Shown here: in pieces, positions 53,139 to 64,000 of the stretch
How the letters are laid out: each line of letters starts with the position of its first letter
How positions within the stretch are numbered: position 1 is the first letter of the stretch
From: Octopus vulgaris
Lineage: Eukaryota
Reading direction: 5' to 3'
Assembly: GCA_951406725.2 (NCBI GenBank)
Contig: OX597819.1
Span: forward strand, 113,708,001 to 113,772,000
Length of the DNA: 64,000 nucleotides
Notes under the pieces: generated by a model
Seen by the model: the letters and a program-made list of their open reading frames with translations, nothing else
Databases searched by the model: none
Told to the model about the DNA's origin: nothing
Program-made: the position numbers and the translations under genes

Positions 53139-53543
53139 ACTCTTTTACTCTTTTACTTGTTTCAGTCATTTGACTGCGGCCATGCTGGAGCACCGCCTTT
53201 AATCAAGCAACTCGACCCCGGGACTTATTCTATTGTAAGCCCAGTACTTATTCTATCGGTCTCTTTTGCCGAACCGCTAAGTAACGGGGATATAAACACA
53301 CCAGCATCGGTTGTCAAGCAATGCTAGGGGGACAAACACAGACACACAAACACACACACGCATACATATACATATATATGATGGGCTTCTTTCAGTTTCC
53401 GTCTACCAAATCCACTCACACGGCTTTGGTAGGCCAGAGGCTATAGTAGAAGACACTTGCCCAAGGTGCCACACAGTGGGACTGAACCCGGAAACATGTG
53501 GTTGGTAAACAAGCTACTTACCACACAGCCACTCCTGCGCCTA
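53137..53543 (-). mobile_element. SINE family A, minus copy. Other - copies: 19365-19790, 38066-38474, 46256-46653, 54655-55001, 60771-61171
   Basis: Reverse complement of the 9643-10043 element. Confidence 0.9.
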
Positions 53544-53984
53544 TTTAAAACATTTATATAACAAATTTAGTGACGAACCACCATTCCACAACTCAGTTAA
53601 TGAAGAACCCATCCAAAACCATGCTGTGAGACATACCACACAAAATACTAATCTAAAATCTTAATAATATATAATATTGAACAGTAAGATTATTACAATC
53701 ATATAATATATAAGAGCAAATACTTTTAAAATCACAGCGAATACCATACAAGGAAACATTCATAATAAAAATATTAATATAAAATCAAATAAAGTTTAAC
53801 TTGAACAATAAAAATTAATACAAAGGCGCAGGAGTGGCTGTGTGGTTAGTAGCTTGTTTACCAACCACATGGTTCTGGGTTCACTCCCACTGCGTGGCAC
53901 CTTGGGCAAGTGTCTTCTACTATAGCCTTGGGCCGACCAAAGCCTTGTGAGTGGGTTTGGTAGACGGAAACTGGAAGAAGCCCG

Positions 53985-54025
<41 letters not shown>

Positions 54026-54068
54026 TCATCATCATCATCATCATTAAACGATGATGATGATGATGATG

Positions 54069-54104
<36 letters not shown>

Positions 54105-54622
54105 ATATGTTTGTGTGTCTATGTTTGTCCCACCACCATCGCTTGACAACTGATGCTTGTGTGTTTACATTCCCGTAACTTAGCAGTTCAGCAAAAGAGA
54201 CTGGTAGAATAAGTACTAGGCTTAAAAAGAATAAGTCCTGGGGTCGATTTACTCGACTAAAGGGCGGTGCTCCAGCACGGCCACAGTCAAATGACTGAAA
54301 CAAGTAAAAAAAAAAAAAGAAAAACAATAATAAAATGTATAAAAGTAAGTACTTGTACATCGACTACGTGCATTTCATGGCTGAATTAGGACTATATAAA
54401 ATCATATAAGAAAACCATATCCAAGTTCATTAGAATGGAAAAATGATTTTACTCACAAAAGCAGTCACTATTATGAAATTCGGTCTAATATTATTATACT
54501 GAATTTTACCTGTAAGGTTAAAATAATAATTTATTCCCTATTATTATTATTATTATTAAAACATTATATATATATATATATACCGGAGTAAACACTTGAA
54601 TTTTCTGCTGCTTTAAATAAAG

Positions 54623-54653
<31 letters not shown>

Positions 54654-55029
54654 TCTTTTACTTGTTTCAGTAATTTGACTGTGGCCATGGTGGAGCATCA
54701 CGTTGAAGGGTTTTAGTCAAAGGAATCAACCCCAGGACTTATTCTTTGTAAGCCGAGTACTTATTCTGCCAGTTTCTTTTGCTGAACCACTAAGTTACGG
54801 GGATGTGGACACACCAACATCAGTTGTCAAGCGATGGTGGTGGGGACAAACACAAACACAAAGAAGCACTCACATAAATATACATACATATACATATATA
54901 CAACAGGTTTCTTTGAGTTTCCTTCTACCAAATCCTCTTAAAAGGCTTTGGTTGGCCTGAGGCTATATGAGAAGACACATGCAAAAGGTGCCATGCAGTG
55001 GATGCCACCCCACTGGCTAGACAGGCAGA

Positions 55030-55085
<56 letters not shown>

Positions 55086-55127
55086 AATAGATAGATATAG
55101 ATATATTTTTGTGTATTTATATATATA

Positions 55128-55478
55128 CTAGCACTATGACCCGGCAACGCTAGTGCATGCATATACAGCTGCGTGCATGCGCACATACACATGAGTACTG
55201 TCCAAATCTCCGACCAATCACATACAGTTAGCTGGCATTCAATTGGCGTATCAAGTTTTGGGCATTTTGATTGGATTTTGGATAGAAAATTCACAAAAAA
55301 GTCACTTCTATTGATTTTTTAATGGCTTTGCGGGATGACTGGGGAAATGTAAAGATGTGCACGATCACCTTTGGACGGTTTTGAATGACCATAGAAAGTG
55401 CGAGCCCTCTAACTGAAAAATTGTGGATTTGTATAAAGGACACACACACAGACATTTTGCCGTTTATATATAGAGAGA
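55128..55478 (-). mobile_element. Non-autonomous Helitron
   Basis: Minus strand begins A|TCTCTCTATATATAAA and ends gccgggtcatagtgCTAG|T: 5' TC, 3' CTAG, A-T target, no TSD. Confidence 0.75.
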
Positions 55479-56130
55479 TGACAGGCTTCTACACAGTTTC
55501 CATCTATCAAATTCACCCAAAAGACATTGGCCAGTTTAGGTTTATCATAGAAGACTCTGCCTCAAGGTGCCATGCAGAGGGACTGAGTGTAGAACCATGT
55601 GGTTGCAATGCCAGCTCCTTAACTACACAATCATGCGTATAGCTACACAGAACTAGAGAGATGTGATACTAATTATGAATATCAAAACAATGAGAAATAA
55701 CATGAGGTAAATCGCTCAAGGATGTGTTCTGTAGTGTCTCAAATATATATGAACTGAAAAACTAAGATCAATTTAGATTACGAAAGAAGTTGAAACAAAA
55801 ATTATCTCTAGGGGTGTTTAAAAATCTAAAAACAATAGGCAAAAGAAGTAACGCCAATAAGAACAATTGCAGGAGTGACTGTGGGGTAAGTAGCTTGCTT
55901 CCCAACCACATGGTTCTGGGTTCAGTCCCACTGTGTGGCACCTTGGGCAAGTGTCTTCTACTATAGCCTCGGGCTGACCAAAGCCTTGTGAGGGAATCTG
56001 GTAGACGGAAACTGAAAGAAGCCCGTTCTATATATGTATATATATATATATATATATCGCCATGATAGATCGTTAGCCACTACACACATTTTTTCCTCTC
56101 CTTGTTTCTCTCCTTGTTTTTTCTGTGTCC

Positions 56131-56166
56131 CTTTCTGTAGAAGAGTGTAGGCTCGAAACATAAAAG
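56131..56166 (+). ncRNA. Variant minimal hammerhead-like motif in a short interspersed element (about 56058-56256)
   Basis: CUUU-CUGUAGA-A-GAGU-GUAG-GCUC-GAAA-CAUA-AAAG. A related, partly deleted copy on the minus strand at 34015-34047 retains GCUC-GAAACGUA-AAAG. Confidence 0.55.
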
Positions 56167-56254
56167 ACTTTTTCTATTCCTGAGCATTATACTAATATAT
56201 CTGTTTGTTTTGCACACCACCTGTCTTCGTCTTTTGTTTTTTCGTAAACTCTCC

Positions 56255-56310
<56 letters not shown>

Positions 56311-57111
56311 CTGTGTGTGTGTGTGTATATGAGTGTCTGTTTATGTGTTTGTGTTTGTCCCCCCAACATCGCTTGGTGTGTTTACATTCCCGTAACTTAG
56401 CAGTTTGGCAAAAGAGACCAATAGAATAAGTACTAGGCTTACAAATAATAAGTCCTGGGGTCGATTTGCTCAACTAAAGGCGGTGCTCCAGCATGGCCAC
56501 AGTCAAATGACTGAAACAAGTAAAAGAGTAAATGAGTAAAAGAGTAATCGGTTGAACATCTTGGACTGATATGGCTGTGTGATTAAGAAGCTTGCTCTGC
56601 AACCATAGGGTTTCGAGTTCTGTTATCCTGCATGACACCTTGGATATATGTCAATGTTTTCTACAATAGCCTTGGATTGATTGATATGTGAGTGAAATTT
56701 GATGGATTGAAGTTGCACAGAATCACATCATATGTGTGGGTGTGTATGTGTCTGTGTGCACCATCACCACCACCACCACCACTATCATTACTGCTATCCC
56801 CAATACCATCTTTTAAATGTTCACTTTACCATGCTTGCTTGGGGGTCTGACAAAATCCTTTGAGGCAGATTTTCTATGGCCATATGTTCTTTGTGTTGCC
56901 GACCCTCACCTGTTTCCATGTAAGGTAAATATTTCCTCTGCTCTTTTGAATGCAAACAACATAATGGTCAAATGTATTGCTATGGAAGATTGGAAACAAA
57001 TAACACAGCTTGTATGACAGTGACATTTGTTTATAAACAGCACATGTCATGACATGCTGACACAAACACACACATACACATTGTATATAAATATCTGTGT
57101 GTATGTGTATG

Positions 57112-57154
<43 letters not shown>

Positions 57155-57238
57155 TCATCATCATCATCATCGTTTAACGTCCGCTTTCCATGCTAGCATG
57201 GGTTGGACGGTTTAACTGGGGTCTGGGAAGCCCGATAT

Positions 57239-57269
<31 letters not shown>

Positions 57270-57277
<8 letters not shown>

Positions 57278-58972
57278 CAAAATAAGCAACAAGAATAACT
57301 TCGGTAATTTGGTACGATTGTTTTGCACTACATCATTTTATTAAATGTTGTAAGCATTACAACAGTTTTAAAATGCTGAGCACTCATCAGCCATTAATAG
57401 AGGTTTTCCATTAATACATAATTTTCATATCAAGTGATAACCTTATAGAGAAGGTAGATATATAGACAAAGATGTGGATTTAAATTTTAAGAATATTTAA
57501 GGTAGTGGAGTTTATCAACTGACTGACTAATATTCAGTTACTCTGAACTACTAGAAGGTTCTGAGAAGAATGGACAAATGAAAGGAGACAACAAAGATTT
57601 TCTATTTATAGAAATAGGGGTGAAATAAATGTCAAAGTTCCATATAAAGAAATTTAGGTAGATAGAAAAGGATTGTCTCATTACAATGCCAATTACTACT
57701 AAATGGTAAACAGATTTAGCATTAGGAAAACTAGGTTAATGTCAAATGGTTATAATGACACTCATAAAGAATGCAGAGATTTTTATAAAACTAATATACA
57801 TCAACATTATAATTAGCTGATAGCTTCTGAGTATTTTGATATGTTGGATTAAAGGAGAAATTATAGATCTAAAATTTATTCAATTTAGAGAAAAGTCTAT
57901 CACTTATTATGAGTAGGCATAATACTTATTAATTGGGGAAAAAGTTTTATTAATCAAGTGAATATATTAGGGGTCCAAAATATATACTAGGAAAAATGGA
58001 AGAGGAGAAATCAAAGAAGAAAGGTATTCGTAGGTTTAGTAGAAGGGGATTTAATAATATGAAGAGAAGTAATTTAGAAGAGTAAATTATTCAGATTTCA
58101 TAGATAATGAGTTGTTATTAATGAATGAAAATATAGGATCTGTTGGAAATAATATTTACTACCTGTGAAGAAAGGTTAATTAGTTAGGTAAAAATATCTT
58201 AGGTTAATTATATATTAAGAAATCGAAGTGAGATAATCAAGGTGAATCAAATAACTATTTAGTATAGGAGAATATCAAAGAAAGGACAATTTAATTCTAA
58301 GTTTGCAATGAAGTTTTTTAGTAATCTATGTATGTTGAATTAAAAACCAGTATGGTATATTCGTTCTTATTTGGTTATAAAGAATTAAAATTTGAAAAAT
58401 TTAGGAATATTCACAATATTATTATTTAAAATATTTAAACATACGGGTTGTGCGATGTATGCAAGATACTCCTAGCTCCGAACGGTTATTTAACAGATAT
58501 ATATTACTCCAATGTTTTAAAATTTCATATGTTTCCATAGAACAAAGTTGACAACCATCCCTACTATCCCTACTATTTTTATAAGGTCGTGCTGTTCTTA
58601 CTATATCCCATTTCAGGTTGAATTCTATATTATTCATTTTTAGTTGCCAAATTTTACTAGACAATGTTGTGCAACCTGCTTTGTGTTTGAGCCTAACAGA
58701 GGAAAAATGATTGTTTAAACGTTTTTTAAATCTACCGAACAACCGAAATAAAGATAGTTGTTATTTGAAGTTATTATTGTACATTTATAAATCACGTTTT
58801 GGACCGAACAACGGTTGGATACCGGACATTTCGATCTAATCCTACAATTACAACTGAGGGGATAATTTCCAGTACTAGTATTATTTAAGGACAGTTCATT
58901 TTCATTACTGTTATTTAAGTTGTTATTAGTATTAGTGTTATTTTCTCTAATAGTAGTTACATTGTTATGCAA
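57270..58972 (-). mobile_element. Penelope-like retroelement 3' remnant: frameshifted GIY-YIG endonuclease (58422-58972) plus AT-rich 3' region
   Basis: Two overlapping ORFs give CNCRIRSKCPVSNRC..VIY..LYFG / FKKRLNNH..TTLSSKIWQLK..LKWDIV..CQLC..E..LLNNRSEL..CIH, the PLE GIY-YIG pattern. The CxC-x5-C-x5-C linker suggests the Naiad-like group (recall). Hammerhead half-site CUGAUGA at 57384-57390. Confidence 0.85.
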
Positions 58973-60073
58973 ACTGGGGTTACTAGTTATTAATCCATCC
59001 TCATTATCATCACCTACTACATGGCTCAGTGGTTAGAGTGTTGAGCTTACGATCATGAGGTTGTAAGTTCAATTTCTGGACTGGGCTGGATGTTGTGCTC
59101 TTGAGCAAGAAACTTTATTTCATGTTGCTCTAATTCACTCAGCTGTAGAAATGAATTGCGATATCACTGGTGCCAAGCTGTATTGGCCTTTGCCTTTCCC
59201 TTGGAAAGCACCAGTGGTGTAGAGAGGGGAGGCTGGTATGCATGGATGACTGTTTGTCTTCCATAAACAACCCTGCCCAGACTTGTGCCTCGGGGGGCAA
59301 CTTTCTAGGTACAATCTCATGGTCATTCATGACTAAAGGGGGTCACCCTATGTGAGGTGGCAACCTGGGAGAATCATTAGCACACCAGGCAAAATGCTTG
59401 ATGATATTTAGTCCATCTTGAAGTTCTTAGTTCAAATTCTGCTCAGTTCAACTATGCCTTTCTTCCTTTCAGGGTTGATAAAATTAGTACCTGTTGTGCA
59501 CGGGGTTGATGTAATTATCAGCTTGTCCCTCTCTTGTGGTGGGACAAAATTCGTGCAAAAATTTGAAACAAATATATCACTGTATCTATTATCAAATGTT
59601 CAGCTTCTGTTATATAGTAGTGTCCTACTGGTTCTGCTTGAAGATTAAGTAAACACTGCGGAATGTCCGACCATTTACACAATTGGACTGTCTTGTGTAT
59701 TTGTCCCTCTGTGTTTCCTGTTGTCAACCTATCTGTTATTTATCTAATTTTCTCATTCTTTCTCTGTTTATTTGACCCCACTACCACCACGCTCATACAC
59801 ACAATCCAACCAACACCAATATCCATCCGTCTCTGCATCAATTGTTTTCACATATACACATATTGATCCGTACGCGCTGCATGACAAAATTTTTGTTTCT
59901 TTGTTAAAGCTACTGTTGTTGTTTTTGCTCTCCATAGCAACAAGGTACATCATTTAAACAGTTCCTCTTGAATGTTCTCATTTTCTCTATGTCTGACTAT
60001 TTGTCGGTCACTATCTGTGGGTTTGTGGGTGTGTGTGGGTGGGTTTCATTCTCCTTGGTGTCTTTGTCTTATA

Positions 60074-60104
<31 letters not shown>

Positions 60105-60298
60105 CATCATCATCATATATATATATGTATGTATGTATAATCATCATCATTAAATATGTAAGTAGCTTACTTACCAACCACATGGTTCTGGGTTCAGTTC
60201 CACTGCATGGCCCCTTGGGCAAGTGTCTTCTACTATAGCCTTGGGCTGACCAAAGCCTTGTGAGTGGCTTTGGTAGACAGAAACTGAAAGAAGCACAT

Positions 60299-60331
<33 letters not shown>

Positions 60332-61253
60332 CTGTGTCTGTGTGTATGTGTGTGTTTGTCCTCCCAACATCGCTTGACAACTGATGCTGGTGTGTTTACA
60401 TCCCCATAACTTAGCAGTTTGGCAAAAACAATTGATAGAATAAGTACTAGGCTTACAAAGTCCTGGGGTCGATTTACTCAACTAAAGGCAGTGCTCCAGC
60501 ATGGCCACAGTCAAATGACTGAAACAAGTAAGAGAGTAAAGAGTAAAGTATCTTTCCCAGCATGCTAACAATTCTACGAGCTCATTGCCTTCACAATAAT
60601 AATGTTAACACTTTATCTCAGTCATTCAGACATAGTTTACCAATGTATTTCGAAAATTTAAAGATAGATTATTTTTAATGTATCTTTAATTTGCAACTCA
60701 CAGCTTTTTTTTCACTTGCAATCCACCTCTGGTGATAGAGCAATTCCCTATCTTTGATATATTGGCTCCCTTACTCTTTTACTCTGTTAGTCATGTGAGT
60801 GTGGTCATGATGGAGCACCGCCTTTAATCGAACAAATCGACTCAAGGACTTATTCTTTGTAAGCCTAGTACTTATTCTATCGGTCTCTTTTGCCAAACTG
60901 CTAAGTTACGGGGAAGTAAACACACCAGCATCAGTTGTCAAGTGATGTTGGGGGTCGAGCACAGACACACAAACATATACACACACACACACACACATAC
61001 ATATATACGACGGGCTTCTTTCAGTTTCCATCTACCACATTCACTCACAAGGCTTTGGTCGGCCCAAAGCTATAGTAGATGACACTTGCCCAAGGTGCCA
61101 CGCAGTGGGACTGAACCCGGAACCATGTGGTTGGTAAGCAAGCTACTTTCCACACAGCCACTCCTATGCCTTCTTAACTCTTTAAGAGTAATATAGAATC
61201 AAAGAATGAGAAAGAAAATCAAATTTGATTCATCCACTGGTAGAGTGACTTAC

Positions 61254-61442
61254 TTGATAAGAACAGAATCTTCATTCCCCAGGCGATACTCCAGAACCAT
61301 CCAACAAGGAAAAATGTTAATGTGGAGAACTGCATGATGCCTACCAAAAAGTTTATCAAAATCCTTGTTGAATTGTCTGTCTTTTTGTTGCTAATTTGTT
61401 TTTTACCACAGCAGAATTGGAATATACCACACAATATGCTTC
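61254..61442 (-). CDS. stum: Stum/SPEC3-family membrane protein, internal exon: GSILCGIFQFCCG...ILINFLVGIMQFSTLTFFLVGWFWSIAWGMKILFLS
   Basis: Minus-strand ttttcaacAG acceptor and GTaagt donor; phase 1 to 1. N..xGxxQ..T...VGWxWSIxWG is the Stum/SPEC3 signature (cf. recalled human STUM [26 protein letters not shown]). Upstream exon(s) lie beyond the window. Family call only; orthology not shown. Confidence 0.82.
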
Positions 61443-61623
61443 CTGTTGAAAAATAGAAATTATTAATCAGGCATGTTGCAAAAACAGTATAAAACAAAAT
61501 TGAAATGGAAACATCACATGCTGTAAAGTTTAAAAGAATTTCATTTATTTCATTTCTGTTTCACACTGCAAGACATTATATGTATTTGTATGTATATATA
61601 TGTGTGTGTATGTGTGTAGATAG

Positions 61624-61679
<56 letters not shown>

Positions 61680-62367
61680 ACACACATTTGTGAAGATGTG
61701 TGGCTGAGTGGTTAGAGTGTTGTATTCATGATCACTAGATCATAGGTTCAATTCCTGGATCAAGTAACACATTGTGTTCTTGAGCAAAACCCTTCATTTC
61801 ACATTGCTCCAATCCACTCAGCTGTAAATTGGTAACCCTGTAACCCTGTAAAGGACTACTTTTCCAATCAGGGACAATGTTGCCCTCTTCACCAAGCCAG
61901 TAAGGTGACATCATTTGAAAACGAAAACAATGCAAAGCACATTGTGACCAACAATGTGTAACAACATCCATGAGCCTGGTCAATCATGTTATTACATGAT
62001 ATGTACCAAGTATATATCAAATGATACCAAGTAAATGTCTTTACCAATCATGTAAATGTGTTTATCAGATATTTCTTGAGAACCATCCACACAAAAGCCA
62101 TACAAACAAAAGAAAAACACAATATATATATATATATTCCCAACCTCCAAAAAGTCTGTGGGGAAATCTATTCAGTACAAAATCCTCAAGGTCAAACACA
62201 GTCACAGACATATGGGCATGGCTGTATGGTAAGAAGTTTGCTTACCAACCAAATGATTTTGAGTTCATTCCCATAATGGGCACCTAGGGCAAGTGTCTTC
62301 TACTATAGCTTCAGGCCAATCAAAGTCTTATGAGTAGATTTGGTGGATGAAAACTGTAAGAAGCCTG

Positions 62368-62411
<44 letters not shown>

Positions 62412-63479
62412 ATCGTGAAGATGCTTTGTCACCAATATTGTTGTGATTGCTATGTTGGATGTATTTGATGTTGTTGAAGACCATTATCATGTAGTCTAGC
62501 TGGCTGTGATCATCATCATCATCATTTAATGTCTGTCTTCCATGCTAGCATGGGTTGGATGGTTTGACCGGGGTCTGGGAAGCCAGGAGGCTATACCAGG
62601 CTCCAGTGTGATCTGACAGTGTTTCTACAGCTGGATGCCCTTCCTAATGCCAACCACTCTGTGAGTGTAGTGGGTGCTTTGTATGTGCCACCTGCACAGG
62701 GGCCAGAGGAGGCTGGCAATGGCCACAATCGGTTGGTGCTTTTTATGTGCCACCGGCACAGAAGCCAGTCAAGGCGGCGCTGGCAACAGCCACGTTCAGA
62801 TGGTGCTTTTTACGTGCCACCGGCATGGGTATCACAACTACAATTTCCATTTGATTTTTATTTTGATGTTGATGTACTTGACTCAGTAGGTTTCCTCAAG
62901 CATAGTAGGTCGCCCTATGATCCAAGGTAAGCACAACAAGTCTTTGCAGTCACAGCATATCACTTTCGTCATTGCCTCTGCGAGGCTATGTATATAATAA
63001 ATGAAGCAACCTGTGAACTTATCAGTTTTAACATATTTACAGCTAGATAAGACTCACTGCATTGGCTGTTTACAAAAGAAAGATGCTGATAATATAAGCA
63101 CCAACTGGGAAGAGAGAGCCATGTTGTGTCTTGTAGATGGTTAGCTGTGGTACATTGTGTCTGAGTGTCCAATGTCATTTCCTGTTCAAATTGGCCTGTT
63201 CAACTGCCCATGGTAGTCTACATGAATGCTCAAGGCCATCTGCTCTTAACAGTCTGTCAAAGTCATCAACTTGGGGCCATCTAGCTGTGTTAGGTGCCAA
63301 ACTGTTTTTGTAGGGGAAAAGTGTGGGGGGGGCGTTAGATCATCTGGCAAGCCATATCACGTTACTGCTTCGTGCTGATTGGTTGATTTATAGATCAATC
63401 ATGTGAAACTGTGGTTGCTCACTCATGATCCCTAATTGAATATCTTGCATAAAACATACAAATCTGCACATACATGCAT

Positions 63480-64000
63480 ACAGCCGTGAACTCACTTTAT
63501 TTACCAGGTCTTCGCAGTTACAGCATATGTCCAGAGGTCTCAGTCTTTCGTCATTGCCTCTGTGAGGCCCAATGTTCGAAGGTCATGCTTGACCACCTCA
63601 TCCCATGTCTTCCTGGGTCTACCTCTACCCCAGATTTCTTCAACTGTTTGGGAGTGGCACTTCTTCACACATCTCTCCTCATCTATCCATAGTACATGAC
63701 CATACCAGCTCAAACATCTCCCTTGCATGCCACATCCAATGCTTCTTATGTCCAGAATTTCTCTTAGGGTGCTTACACTTTGTCGTGTGTGCACACTAAC
63801 ATTATACATCCAGCGGATCATGCTAGCTTCATTTCTTTTGAGCCTACGCATGTTCTCTGCAGTCACGGCCCATGTTTCACTTCTGTGAACCATGACCATT
63901 TGCATACATGCATCATACAATCTACCTTTAACTCTGAGTGAGAGGCCCTTTGTCACCAGTAGGGGTAGAAGCTTTCTAAACTTTGCCCAGGCTATTCTTA
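63480..64000 (-). mobile_element. RTE-clade LINE, ORF C-terminal region (continues past the window end)
   Basis: ORF 63540-63956: KGRLYDAC...SETWA...LKRNEASMIRWM...WYGHV...RGRGRPRKTW-like motif. Confidence 0.9.

Noticed and set aside
58422-58972. Selenocysteine recoding in the Naiad-like endonuclease
   Set aside because: No in-frame UGA at the Cys positions in this fragment.

Overview
AT-rich, microsatellite-dense, intron-rich animal DNA. The SINE/LINE content points to a coleoid cephalopod, most likely Octopus (inference from recalled repeat families; no search was run). The + strand carries the 3' half of a tubulin polyglutamylase TTLL5 gene: 14 phase-consistent GT-AG exons traced by hand from 220 to 23028, with the last exon unresolved (candidates at 26827, 35005 and 37792). 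The - strand carries the last two coding exons of a Stum/SPEC3-family membrane protein (61442-61254 and 50865-50726). The rest is tRNA-derived SINEs, RTE/CR1/RLE-type LINE fragments, a Penelope-like GIY-YIG remnant, piggyBac/pogo/other MITEs and a Helitron. The most interesting signal is a set of about ten minimal type-I hammerhead-ribozyme motifs, with short palindromic stem III, in several short non-autonomous elements. One is near-intact (5202-5244, inside a 250-bp TG...CA element) and two form the arms of a 500-bp foldback. Within introns, the better-preserved copies are antisense to the host gene. Also notable: a second long foldback (47.8-48.2 kb), a 31-33-bp-period GGGTGTGGT motif array (30.6-30.9 kb) and a 5-aa coding repeat in TTLL5. 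Nearly all entries in the supplied ORF track are microsatellite or repeat artefacts. All homology calls are by eye and recall.
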